A DNA stretch of 62,529 bases, counting the filler. It is 9 parts of 9 records of this genome, joined end to end, with 100 filler letters (N's around TTAATTAATTAA, not from the genome) between each part and the next. Parts side by side here need not be neighbours in the genome. Positions count along the whole stretch, not along the records: positions 30,878 to 36,535 come from SRR31147125_130017; positions 36,636 to 46,307 come from SRR31147125_130243; 7 more parts are not named here. One strand, 5' to 3'. Below, piece after piece: positions 31,086-42,095 of this stretch. The position numbers and the translations under genes are program-made. Numbering within the stretch: the first letter of the stretch is position 1; each line of letters begins with the position of its first letter. Below the pieces are notes generated by a model, which was given only the letters and a program-made list of their open reading frames with translations, ran no database searches and had not been told where the DNA came from.

Positions 31086-33992
31086 TTATTTTAACAAAAG
31101 CATCTTTCTCACCATTTTATAATGCCCTGTTTTTATTTGATAAAGGTAGGTTCCGCTGGGTTGTGATTTGTTTTTATCATCCAGTCCATTCCATAAAAGT
31201 GTGTATGGTCCCACATTTTGTTTTCTATCCACGAGTGTTTTGATTTTTTGTCCACGGATATTATAGATGGATACATTTACGTGATCAGATACAGGCAGCT
31301 GATAAGAAATCTGTGTGTTGGAATTAAAAGGATTAGGGTGATTTTGTGCCAGGGCATATTCTAACGGTGAAGTAGATGGTTCATCAGCTGAAAAAAGAGA
31401 ATCCCATAGAGACTGAGCAGAATCCGCCGTGTTTTTTAACTGATCCATATTGTTTGCGGCTAACATAGCCAAGCCGACCTGAATGGTTTTCCCGGGGTGT
31501 ATAGAATATGGGCCAAGCCCTATTACATATGAAACATCAGCAGGTCCTGCTTCTGTTAATGTGATACCACCGCTTATCGCTTCCCATTTTTCGTCGTCAG
31601 TAAAGCCATCATACAAACCCCAACCGGGATTGTTGACATCATTATGATCATTGTAAATAGCCCTGAAAGAGATATTGCCCGGACTGAGCATTTTTGAACC
31701 GACAAAAATATTCGGACCCAGGCCAGGATCGTAAATAAAACCAAGATTTCTAGACGCATCAAAACCCGCGATATTGTTCAACGCCGTATTTTCATCTATA
31801 TCCCAGTCGAAATACGCAGCAAAATAAAAGTTATCAAGCGCAATTGTGTTCCTGTTCTCGATTTTAAACCGAAAGAGGATAAAATTATTATGCGGCGGCT
31901 CCTGATTTGCATATGTTTCCTGGGTAATTCCAATGTTCATGGGATTTTCCGCTGCATTATCTTCAAATATAGCACTCGTTTCTTCGTCTGTCAAAGAACC
32001 GGGACTGTGAATCTGTAAATTTCCATTTTCAGCGACTGTAAAATCAGTATCCCATTGAAGATTTTCGCCGATTTTGTCACCTCTGGCTGCATTAGAGAGG
32101 TTATTAAGGCTTGTTCCTAAAATAAGAGCTCCTTCAAACAACACATTAGGCCCGTTGTTATAGGAAAAACCTATACCATTCATATCAATTTCATCACCAT
32201 TGTTTGCGCGACCTATCCTGCCGATATTTGTGACAGATGTGGCAATATTGTTTACGCTGAGGGTGGTGTGTAATGGCAAAACAGTCAGGGTAAAGTGATC
32301 ACTGTCTTTATATTGTCCGGAAGAGATTTGTAAGGTAAAGTGCGCTTTATATCCCCCCGGTGTATTTTCATTTACTTTAATAAGGAATGGAGTTGGGAGA
32401 GGTTTTTCTTCCAGTGTATTAATCGATGTTAGACTCATATCTTTGTTTAAGACAGTTATATAGGCATCATTTATTTCAAGAGATAATTGAACATCATTGG
32501 CCAGCGTCAGATAATTTTTGAGATTAATAAAAATGTCCACTTGTTCTGCTGGTTCTATAATGCCACTGTTATTTTCATCGACAAAATAGAGTTCCGAAAT
32601 TTGGATAGAAGGAGTGACCTCAGTGATGGCCCGGAAGGCGTTCACCCGGCCTTTTCCTAAAAGTCCGGCGTAGGCCGGGTTTTGGGAGTCAATGTTGTCA
32701 GAGGTTAATCGAACCTGCTCAGCTGCCTGAATTCCCAGCCATTCTTTGTTTTGAGCCATTACCAGCGCTACAACTCCAGCCACGAGCGGGCATGACATGG
32801 AGGTACCGCTCAGATAGCCATATTGTGCATCATTTACAGTACTGAGAATATCCAATCCGGGAGCAGCGACATCAACATGCAGGCCATAATTTGAAAAGAG
32901 TGTTTTGACATCATCCTCTCCAGTTGCAGCGACAGAAAGGACTTTGTCATAGGAAGCCGGATATAATGGATTGTTCGTATTTTCATTTCCTGCAGAGGCA
33001 ATTACAATGGCGCCTAATTCTGTTACGTGGTCGATAATGAGTTGGCCGGTGAATGAAAATGCCCCTGAGCCCCAACTACAACTAATAATTTGTGCTCCGT
33101 TTTCCGCAGCATAAAGGATTCCTTCATAACCATAGCTAATTATTTGGTTGCTTGAGGTGCTTGCAGTATTAACAGGCAAAACAGTCGCATTCCAACTTGC
33201 CCCCGCGATTCCTATGGAATTATTTGCCACACCACAGGCTATCCCGGCGGTATGTGTGCCGTGACTGGATATGCTTGATGATGGATCAGGACTGTTTGTA
33301 CCAAAATTCCATCCATGAATATCATCTATATGGCCATTTTGGTCGTCATCTATACCATTCTCAGGAATCTCATTCCTGTTATTCCATATATTATCCGCGA
33401 GATCGGGATGGCTTATATCGGTGCCGCTGTCTACAATGGCAATAATCGTATTTGAACTTTCAGCCCTTATTGAATCCCATGCAGACGGAGCAAAAATATT
33501 TTTCAGATAACTTTGGCGGGTATACAGGGAATCATTTGGCTCACGCAGGAGCTTGAAAAGATATTTTGGCTCCGCATATTCGACAAATGGATTTTTACTC
33601 AACTTTTCAGCGATTTTGATGGGGGATTCTGATCCCTGGTAATGCGCAATGTAGATATGCTCCAGCGATGTGGATAACGTAGATTTGCGCAACGGTTTGG
33701 ATCCTTTAATAAAAGGAGTCAGGTCGGTGATATGGTTGTTTTTTAAAGTCACATCAATGAACGGGATACCTGTCAGGTGATTTTGATTCAGGCGAGTGGT
33801 GGTATTTTGTAGTTTAATTAAAACAACATTGGGCTCATACAAGGAATAGTTCTGAGAATGTTGTAAAGGATTAACGGGCAGGCTTTTGCCTGTTTTGCTG
33901 AAACCAGGAGCTTGCTGGCCTACGATGAAATATAAACAAAAAAAGAATATTTGTTTTTTGAACAAAATCATGGCTGATCCCCAGCCTCTCAC
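31086..33992 (-). CDS. Secreted S8 subtilisin-like protease with C-terminal FlgD-Ig/secretion-tail domain
   Basis: Catalytic triad VDSG, HGTH, GTSMS; C-terminal QNHPNPFN...IYNIRGQ...SGTYLY. Confidence 0.9.
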   Translation of the reverse strand: MRGWGSAMILFKKQIFFFCLYFIVGQQAPGFSKTGKSLPVNPLQHSQNYSLYEPNVVLIKLQNTTTRLNQNHLTGIPFIDVTLKNNHITDLTPFIKGSKPLRKSTLSTSLEHIYIAHYQGSESPIKIAEKLSKNPFVEYAEPKYLFKLLREPNDSLYTRQSYLKNIFAPSAWDSIRAESSNTIIAIVDSGTDISHPDLADNIWNNRNEIPENGIDDDQNGHIDDIHGWNFGTNSPDPSSSISSHGTHTAGIACGVANNSIGIAGASWNATVLPVNTASTSSNQIISYGYEGILYAAENGAQIISCSWGSGAFSFTGQLIIDHVTELGAIVIASAGNENTNNPLYPASYDKVLSVAATGEDDVKTLFSNYGLHVDVAAPGLDILSTVNDAQYGYLSGTSMSCPLVAGVVALVMAQNKEWLGIQAAEQVRLTSDNIDSQNPAYAGLLGKGRVNAFRAITEVTPSIQISELYFVDENNSGIIEPAEQVDIFINLKNYLTLANDVQLSLEINDAYITVLNKDMSLTSINTLEEKPLPTPFLIKVNENTPGGYKAHFTLQISSGQYKDSDHFTLTVLPLHTTLSVNNIATSVTNIGRIGRANNGDEIDMNGIGFSYNNGPNVLFEGALILGTSLNNLSNAARGDKIGENLQWDTDFTVAENGNLQIHSPGSLTDEETSAIFEDNAAENPMNIGITQETYANQEPPHNNFILFRFKIENRNTIALDNFYFAAYFDWDIDENTALNNIAGFDASRNLGFIYDPGLGPNIFVGSKMLSPGNISFRAIYNDHNDVNNPGWGLYDGFTDDEKWEAISGGITLTEAGPADVSYVIGLGPYSIHPGKTIQVGLAMLAANNMDQLKNTADSAQSLWDSLFSADEPSTSPLEYALAQNHPNPFNSNTQISYQLPVSDHVNVSIYNIRGQKIKTLVDRKQNVGPYTLLWNGLDDKNKSQPSGTYLYQIKTGHYKMVRKMLLLK

Positions 33993-34279
33993 GTAATGTT
34001 ACTTTCGAGAAAAAGATCTTTCTGACCCTCTTATAACGAATGAAAACCAATATAGTTCTATTTCTATACAATCTGAATTATTTTTTGTCGAAACAATCAC
34101 GTGCAGAAACAATAGTGTCATTCAGGTAAGTTAAGGATAATCATAAAAGAATCAAGTGTCAAGGATTCGTTGAATAAACAGACCACATAAAGGAGAGTGA
34201 TATCGAATGTTTATCATATTAGCTGGTGGGATAAACATTGATAGCCTGTTTTAATAATAGTACTTTTCCCAAAAACAAA

Positions 34280-34310
34280 AAAAGGCGAACCTCAATGGTC
34301 CGCCTTTTTT
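34280..34310 (-). terminator. Bidirectional-type intrinsic terminator after HMA gene
   Basis: AAAAAGGCG...CGCCTTTTT with flanking A/T runs. Confidence 0.65.
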
Positions 34311-34324
34311 AGAAGGATAATATA

Positions 34325-34735
34325 TTATACACTACCTTTGACTTTTGATTTGCTGACACCGCTACCACAACCGCAATTGAGATGTGCTTCCTGATCCGAG
34401 GTTTTGGATTGCTTAACTTTTTCAACGGCTTTGACCTTTGTGGCTTTGAATCCGGTACTGTTAACAGCTTTTTCAAGTTTTTTATGATCTGATTTTTTGG
34501 TATCATAAACAACAGTGGCATTGTTGTCCGCCAGGATGACTTTTACCTCTTTTACTCCTTCTACCTTTTCAAGTGCTGTTTTGACCTGATGGACGCACCC
34601 TTCACACGTCATGCCTTTAATATCTATTTGTGCTGTTTTTATTTTTTCGGTTTTTGTCTTGTCGCCAGCATGAGTCGCTGAGATCGACGTTAACATGAAT
34701 ATACTCATAACTGCAATACCGAGTAAATTCTTCAT
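34325..34735 (-). CDS. Exported heavy-metal-associated (HMA, MerP/CopZ-like) protein
   Basis: Signal peptide; IKGMTCEGC motif. Confidence 0.85.
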   Translation of the reverse strand: MKNLLGIAVMSIFMLTSISATHAGDKTKTEKIKTAQIDIKGMTCEGCVHQVKTALEKVEGVKEVKVILADNNATVVYDTKKSDHKKLEKAVNSTGFKATKVKAVEKVKQSKTSDQEAHLNCGCGSGVSKSKVKGSV

Positions 34736-34885
34736 AGAGAACCTCCGTGGTTACTTTTATATTATTCAAGACACATATTGATATGGCTTGTTTATTGTTA
34801 TAGCTATCCAACATCAATAAGGGAATTTTTATTTCTGAGTGAAAGTTTAATATACCTTAAATAGTAAGCCAGCATACAAAAATAG

Positions 34886-36535
34886 GTGAAAAATGACATG
34901 AGTGAACCGACCAGAGTTCAGCAAAATAGATTAAAAGACTCGTCCAGCCCATATTTGCTTCAACATGCTGAAAATCCTGTTGATTGGTTTGAATGGGGGC
35001 CTGAAGCGCTGGAAATAGCACGAGAGAAAGGCAAACCGATATTTTTATCTATTGGCTATTCAGCCTGCCATTGGTGTCATGTCATGGCGCACGAGTCTTT
35101 TGAAAATGAAGAAATTGCTGCTCTTATGAATGAGCATTTTATAAATATAAAACTGGATCGAGAAGAGCGCCCTGATTTGGATGAGATTTATATGACAGCC
35201 GTACAAATGCTAACAGGTTCGGGCGGATGGCCAACATCTATCTGGCTCACACCGGAGTTAAAGCCATTTTATGGGGGCACCTATTTTCCACCTGAAGACC
35301 GTTTGGGGATGCCGGGATTTAAACGCGTATTGCTTTCCTTAAGTGAGGCATGGCAATCACAACGCGGAAAGGTTGTCGAGAGCGCAGAAGAAGTAGCCCA
35401 GGGGATTCAAAAATCAGTAAAGGTGCATTCGGCGGCAGGAGATTTGGATGAAGATTTATTGAAAAAGGCATTTGATAATTTAAGGCACTCGTATGATTCC
35501 GCATATGGTGGTTTTAGTGATGCGCCGAAATTTCCTCAAGCCATGCAATTGTCTTTTTTACTTCGATATTATAATAAAACCAAAGAGTCGGTTGCATTGG
35601 AGATGGTAGAGAAAACCCTGGAAAAGATGGCATTAGGCGGCATTTATGATCATTTGGGTGGTGGTTTTCATCGTTATTCCACCGACTCTCACTGGCTGGT
35701 GCCCCATTTTGAAAAAATGCTGTATGACCAGGCTTTGCTGGTACGGTGTTACTCTGAAGCTTTTCAACTGACAAAGAAATCCATTTACAGAGATATCGTC
35801 AGGCACACCCTGGATTATGTCATAAAAAAAATGACCTTAAAGGATGGCGGATTTTATTCTGCCGAAGATGCCGATTCGGAAGGGGAAGAGGGAAAATATT
35901 ATGTCTGGGATTTGGATGAGATAAACGACTTGTTAGGTGAGGAAGCAGCATTATTTTGTGATGTATATGGAGCAACCAAAGATGGTAACTGGGAAGGTAA
36001 AAATATCCTCAATTTGCAGCAGCCTCTGGAGATTATGGGCAGGGATTACGGTCTTGAAACAGAATCCCTGAGTGAAAAACTTTTTTCCATGCGCAATACA
36101 CTTTTAAACACCCGGGAAAAAAGGGTGCGACCGTTTTTGGATGATAAAGCGTTGACAGACTGGAACAGTCTCATGATAACAGCCTTTATTAATGGTTATA
36201 AAATTACCGGAAATTCTGTTTATCTTGAGACGGCTCAAAAAGCAGCTCACTTTATCCAAAAAAAGTTATTTAAAAAGGGAGAACTTGCTCACTCGTTTCG
36301 TAAAAACAGAGTTCATATTAAGGGATTTTTATCTGATTACGCGTTTTTGATATCCGGTTTGATCGATCTGTATGAGGTCACTTTTCAGGTTTCATGGCTC
36401 AAATGGGCTATTGAATTAACAAATAAGGTCATCTCTGATTTTTCCGATCCGGAAGGAGGATTTTATTATAGCCTGGAAAGTTCCGAATTGATCGTAAGGA
36501 GTAAAAATGCCTTTGATCAGGCCCTGCCATCCGGG
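34886..36535 (+). CDS. DUF255 thioredoxin-domain protein (YyaL/SSP411 family), 3'-partial
   Basis: SPYLLQHAENPVDW, GYSACHWCHVM, PHFEKMLYDQA. Confidence 0.9.
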
Positions 36536-36635
36536 NNNNNNNNNNNNNNNNNNNNNNNNNNNNNNNNNNNNNNNNNNNNTTAATTAATTAANNNNNNNNN
36601 NNNNNNNNNNNNNNNNNNNNNNNNNNNNNNNNNNN

Positions 36636-36691
36636 CCCCGGATATGAAGGATCTGGGTAATGGTCATTGTGTAAGGTGCCACCTGTATTAA
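36636..36691 (+). CDS. C-terminus of a peptide ABC ATPase (DppF/OppF-like)
   Basis: Manual translation PDMKDLGNGHCVRCHLY*. Confidence 0.6.
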
Positions 36692-36711
36692 CCCAATAAA
36701 GGAGAGAAGGT

Positions 36712-38246
36712 ATGAAAAAAGGTGTATTGGTTTACTGCTCAGCGTGTTTTTTCTATCCACGACTTATTTTTGTTCTCCAACCCAGGCCGCATCAATGCTG
36801 AAAATCGGGGTGGACGCCCCACCGGCAACCATGGATCCTCTGGCGTCAAGCTCGGATGCAACATGGGCGGTTCTGGCCAATGTCTTCGGAACCCTCTATT
36901 CCATGGAAGGACCCGAGGCCGTACTGACACCGGATTTGGCAACTTCCTATGAGCGCCTGGATGCCCTCACCTGGAAATTTTATCTGAGAAAAGGGGTCAC
37001 CTTCCACAATGGATCCCCATTTACTGCTGCGGACGTAAAGTATACCTTTGAAAGAATGAAACAGCCCAAATGCTGTTCCCAGCGGATGAAAGACGGAAAG
37101 CAGATTGCGTCCATCACCATCATTGATGATTATACGGTGGTCATAAAAACCATTAAGCTCCTTTCTAATTTTGTTAAACTCCAGAACACCTATTTCATCA
37201 TGGACAAGGAAACCTCCGAGAACAGGGATCTTGGCGATATCAGCATCCGCCCTGTGGGCACCGGCCCCTATGTTTTGAAAGAATGGAAAAAAGGATCCCA
37301 TCTGACCTTTGAGGCTTTTGACAAATACTGGAAAGGCGCGCCCGCCATAAAAACCGTTAAGGTACATCCCATCAAGGAGGCATCCACAAGATTTGCCGCC
37401 ATTATTTCCGGTCATATTGATCTGCTTTCCGGAATTCCTGTTGAATTATACGACAAGGTGGTGAATAACCCCATGCTTGACATAGCCTCAGTACCGGGCC
37501 GCCGTCCCATATTCATGCCCATGTCCAATAAACCCGGCACACCCATGGCCGATATCAGGGTCAGACAGGCCATCAATATGGCAGTCGATGTGGATGAAAT
37601 TATCAAAAAACTGCACAGGGGCCTGGCCGAGCCCATTTCCCAGGCGGCTGATCCTGCCATGATCGGGTACAACCCGGATATCAAACGGTTTCCCTATAAT
37701 CCGGAAAAGGCAAAACAATTGCTGAAAGCCGCCGGTTATGCCGATGGTTTCGAGATCACGGTTGCAGGGCCCAATGACCGGTATCTTCAGGATGAGAAGG
37801 TATGCGAGGCCGTTGTCAAGTACCTGACCAAGGTCGGCATCAAGGCCAAACTGAATGTAATGCCCAAGGCCGCCTACTGGCCCCTTGTCCAGAACGGTAA
37901 ATTTGATATCTATATGATCGGATGGCTCTCCAATTCATTTGACTGGGGAGAAAATTATAATTATCTGATGCACACCTTTGATAAGGACGCCGGAACCGGA
38001 TCATGGAATGGTGCCCGGTTCAGCAATCCTCAAATCGATGAAAAATACCATGAAGCCACCGTTATTGTCGATCCGGATGAGCGGCATAATGCCCTCCAGG
38101 AAGTCAACCGGGAAATCATGGCCGATGCCTGGGCCCTTCCCCTTTATCTTGGCGTAGATACCTACGCTTTGAGAAAAGACAAGGGTATCAAGTACCAGCC
38201 GCGTCCGGACAGGTGGATCATTTACAGAGACATTACAATGAAATAG
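36712..38246 (+). CDS. Dipeptide ABC transporter substrate-binding protein
   Basis: LRKGVTFHNG, GTGPY, DIRVRQAIN; true ATG likely 36712 after AAAGGAG with one A missing in the A-run (would give signal peptide MKKRCIGLLLSVFF). Confidence 0.88.
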
Positions 38247-38339
38247 CGGGTAAGGCACGCTTTTGGGGAAGTGCGCCGGCTTTTTTTAAAAGGCGCACTT
38301 TCTTTAGACAGTTCTTAACCACTTGATAAGGTAAATACT

Positions 38340-39314
38340 TTGAACTGGATATTTGGATACGCACTGCGCAGGTTTTTTCAAAGCTTAATCGTTTTATTGA
38401 TCATTTCTTTTGTATGTTTTGCCGTATTTCGTTTTGCAGGCGATCCTGTGGTGGCATTGTCCGGACCCTATGCCACCACCATTGAACGCCAGGAGATCAG
38501 GGAAGCATACGGCCTGGACAAACCCTTTGTCATACAATACCTGAATTTCATTTATAAAGCGGTACAGGGGGATTTCGGCATCTCTTACGTCAGCAAGGTG
38601 GATCCTTTGACACTGATATCGGAAAGACTGTCAGCATCCTTTGAACTGGCGGTCTCCTCCCTGTTCCTGGCCATACTCATCGGCATCTCGGCGGGAATTT
38701 ATGTTTCGGTCAAACCCCGGGCCAGGTTGAGCCGGTTTATCATGCTGATTTCCCTGGGAGGGATTTCGACACCTACTTTTTTGATCGGCATTCTGCTGAT
38801 GATGATTTTTTCGGTTTATCTGGGGGTTCTGCCCCCATTCGGACGGGGGGAGACGGTGATGGTCGGATCCTGGAGCACGGGCCTTTTAACCTGGGACGGC
38901 ATCAAGCATCTGATCATGCCGGTCGCAACCCTTGCCGGATACCAGCTGGCAGTCCTGATCCGTTTAACCCGGGCCGGCATGCGGGAGGTGTTTACCGAAG
39001 AATTCATTAAAACAGCCTGGGCCAAAGGGTTATCAACCTCCACCGTTGTTTTTAAACACGCGTTCCGCAACGTGTTGATTCCCATTGTCACCATTTGCGG
39101 CCTCATGCTGGGGGAACTGATTGCCTTTGCTGTCATCACGGAGACCATTTTCCAGTGGCCCGGCATGGGAAAACTGCTGCTCACCTCCATTTATGAGACG
39201 GATCACCCGGTGATTGTCACCTATATCATGATCATTGCCGTGATGATTCTGTTCATCAACATCTGTGTCGATGTCACCTATGCTGTTTTAAACCCAAAAA
39301 TACGTTACGATTAG
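38340..39314 (+). CDS. Dipeptide ABC permease (DppB-like)
   Basis: GDPV, GLDKP, GDFGISY, KTAWAKGL, ETIFQWPGMG. Confidence 0.9.
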   Translation: MNWIFGYALRRFFQSLIVLLIISFVCFAVFRFAGDPVVALSGPYATTIERQEIREAYGLDKPFVIQYLNFIYKAVQGDFGISYVSKVDPLTLISERLSASFELAVSSLFLAILIGISAGIYVSVKPRARLSRFIMLISLGGISTPTFLIGILLMMIFSVYLGVLPPFGRGETVMVGSWSTGLLTWDGIKHLIMPVATLAGYQLAVLIRLTRAGMREVFTEEFIKTAWAKGLSTSTVVFKHAFRNVLIPIVTICGLMLGELIAFAVITETIFQWPGMGKLLLTSIYETDHPVIVTYIMIIAVMILFINICVDVTYAVLNPKIRYD

Positions 39315-39322
39315 AATCCGTT

Positions 39323-40219
39323 ATGATTAGGGGCCTTATGCTTAAGAATTTTTTTAAATCAAAGTTTGTTCACAGTTATCGGCATGATTATTATGCTATT
39401 TCCGGGAGCTTAATCCTGGTGGCCTTTATTTTCATTGCCTTATCTGCACCCATGATCGCCCCCCAGAATCCCTATGATATGAATACGGTTGATCTGGATG
39501 ATTTTCTTAAACCCCCGGTATGGATGGACGGAGGGAGTTCCGACTTTCTGCTGGGAACCGATGACCAGGGCAGGGGCATATTGAGCACCATTTTGTTCGG
39601 GTGCCGGACCTCCCTGGTCGTGGCCTTTTCTGTGGTGGGCATCTGCAGTGTGATCGGCGTGACCCTCGGACTCCTTGCCGGCTATTACGGCGGGTTGCTG
39701 GATTCGGTACTCATGCGCATTGCCGATGCCGTGTTTTCGTTTTCTTCTACCCTCATTGCTTTTCTCTTCCTGGGGGTGTTCAAGCAAAGCGGTGTCCTGA
39801 TCCTGATCTGCGCCATCTGTATCGCCAACTGGGTGCGGTATGCCAGAACCATGCGCGGCAGTGTTCTGGAGGTGAAAAAGGAGACCTTTGTCCTGGCAGC
39901 CAAAGCTTCGGGGATTAAAGACGGCCGTCTGCTTTTTCTTCATATTCTGCCCAATGCCATCTCGCCCATATTTGTGGTTGCGGCTGTGGACATGGCCATC
40001 ATGATTCTGCTGGAGGCCAGCTTAAGTTTTCTCGGGGTCGGCGTTCCTGTAAACGAACCCTCCTTAGGGATGCTCATCGCCAACGGAAAAGACTTTGTAT
40101 ATGCCGGGATGTGGTGGCTGGTTGTTTTTCCAAGCGCCGCCCTGGTTCTCATCGTACTGGGGGTCAACCTCTTTGCGGATTGGCTGAGAGAGGAACTGAA
40201 TCCCAAATTGGAACGATAG
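39323..40219 (+). CDS. Dipeptide ABC permease (DppC-like)
   Basis: LLGTDDQGR, HILPN, EASLSFLGVG, DWLREELNPK. Confidence 0.9.
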   Translation: MIRGLMLKNFFKSKFVHSYRHDYYAISGSLILVAFIFIALSAPMIAPQNPYDMNTVDLDDFLKPPVWMDGGSSDFLLGTDDQGRGILSTILFGCRTSLVVAFSVVGICSVIGVTLGLLAGYYGGLLDSVLMRIADAVFSFSSTLIAFLFLGVFKQSGVLILICAICIANWVRYARTMRGSVLEVKKETFVLAAKASGIKDGRLLFLHILPNAISPIFVVAAVDMAIMILLEASLSFLGVGVPVNEPSLGMLIANGKDFVYAGMWWLVVFPSAALVLIVLGVNLFADWLREELNPKLER

Positions 40220-40275
40220 GCTGTAAAAGGAACCTATAGATACACAGGCAACATCTGTAATCAGAAGGAGTAATT

Positions 40276-41261
40276 ATGAATATTGATACACTTCCAAAAA
40301 TGTCTTTGACCCGATTTCCCACCCCCTGGAAACGCTGGACCGGTTGTCCGGGGAACTGGGCGGCCCGTCGATCCTGATAAAACGGGATGATCTCACCGGC
40401 CTGGCCATGGGGGGAAATAAAACCCGTAAATTGGAATATCTCATCGGGGATGCCCTGGCCAAGGGGGCGGATACCGTGATCACCGCCGGCGGCATTCAAT
40501 CCAACCACTGCCGCCTGACTGCTGCGGCCGCTGTAAAAGCGGGGCTGAGCTGTGAACTGGCCCTGGCCGGAACACCGCCGGATATACCGGACGGCAATCT
40601 TTTGCTGGACAGCCTTTTAAAGGCAAAGGTCACCTGGTGTGAAAAAACAAAGCGGGACCAGACCATGGAGAAGATCGCCGAGGATCTGCGCAGCCGGGGC
40701 AGGACCCCTTATATTATCCCCGTTGGCGGCTCCAATGCAGTGGGAACGGTGGGCTATGTCCAGGCCATGCTGGAGCTGAAGGCCCAACTTGAAAAAGAAA
40801 AAATCAACCCCAGCCATATTGTGTTTGCCAGCAGTTCCGGCGGCACACACGCCGGACTGGCGTTGGGAAGCAGGATATGCAGATTTAACGGCAAAATTCT
40901 GGGCATCAGTATTGATCAGGTGGATACCGGGGAAGAGGCCTTTCCCCCGGTTCTGGCAGATATTGCCAACCAAACAGCCCGGCGGCTTGAAACAGATGAA
41001 GAATTTGATGAGACCGATTTCCTGTTAAATTGCGATTACCTGGGGGCCGGATATGCTGTACCCGGCGAGCTTGAACGGGAAGCGATTCTTCTGGCAGGCG
41101 GACTGGAAAGCATCCTTCTGGGGCCGGTCTATACCGGCCGGGCCATGGGCGGTCTGATCGACCTGATCCGTAAAGGCTTTTTCAGCCCGGATGATACGGT
41201 GGTGTTCTGGCATACCGGGGGGACCCCCGAACTTTTTGCCTATAAAAACGAATTTGTTTAA
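40276..41261 (+). CDS. D-cysteine desulfhydrase / ACC deaminase family PLP enzyme
   Basis: IKRDDLTGLAMGGNKTRKLEYL, QSNH, FWHTGG; true ATG likely 40276 after AAGGAG, with one C missing in a C-run (FPTPLE). Confidence 0.88.
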
Positions 41262-41291
41262 CCCGTCATCCATTCTAAGATGAGGAGATAA

Positions 41292-42092
41292 ATGAAAATA
41301 TTTATCAGTGCCGATATTGAAGGCGTTTGCGGTGTCACGGTTCGAAACGAAGTATTAAACGATTTTGCAGAATATGCACCCTTTCAAAAACAGATGACCC
41401 GGGAAGTGGCGGCTGCCTGTGAAGGGGCGTTTGAGGCCGGGGCCACCCAGATCCTGATCAAGGATGCCCATGCATATGCCAGGAACATCCTTGCCGGGGA
41501 ACTGCCCCGGGGCACCCGGCTGATCCGGGGGTGGAGCGGTCATCCCTACAGCATGATGGACGGGCTGGACCCGTCATTTGATGCGGCCATGATGATCGGC
41601 TACCATTCCAGAGCCGGTGATGACGGCAACCCCCTGGCCCATTCATTCAGCTCGGCCGCCCTTGCCGAAATCCGTATCAATGGTGTGCCTGCATCCGAAA
41701 TGATGTTTAATGTATATACGGCAGCATTGGAAGGCGTCCCCCTGGTTTTCCTGAGCGGGGATAAAAAAATCTGTGAGGAGGCCGCCTCAATGGTACCCCA
41801 GGTGCGCACCGCTTCGGTTAAGGCGGGTATCGGGGCTTCCACCGTCAATATCCATCCGGATCAGGCTGTGGCGGATATTAAAGAAGGGGCAAGACTCTCC
41901 CTGGCTGAAGGGATTAAAACACAGGTCTTCCGCCTTCCTGAAAGATTCGAAATCAGCATTGAATACCTGGATTTCAAACAGGCGTACAAGGCCTCTTTTT
42001 ATCCGGGTGCCAAAAGGATCAATGAAAAAACCATATCCTTTGAAACAGATGATTACTTTGAGGTCTTAAGAATGATGAGCTTTGCCTGGTAG
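41292..42092 (+). CDS. M55 family D-aminopeptidase (Bacillus DppA-like)
   Basis: MKIFISADIEG, DAH, IGYH, LAHS, E motif, LSGD. Confidence 0.9.
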   Translation: MKIFISADIEGVCGVTVRNEVLNDFAEYAPFQKQMTREVAAACEGAFEAGATQILIKDAHAYARNILAGELPRGTRLIRGWSGHPYSMMDGLDPSFDAAMMIGYHSRAGDDGNPLAHSFSSAALAEIRINGVPASEMMFNVYTAALEGVPLVFLSGDKKICEEAASMVPQVRTASVKAGIGASTVNIHPDQAVADIKEGARLSLAEGIKTQVFRLPERFEISIEYLDFKQAYKASFYPGAKRINEKTISFETDDYFEVLRMMSFAW

Positions 42093-42095
42093 GAA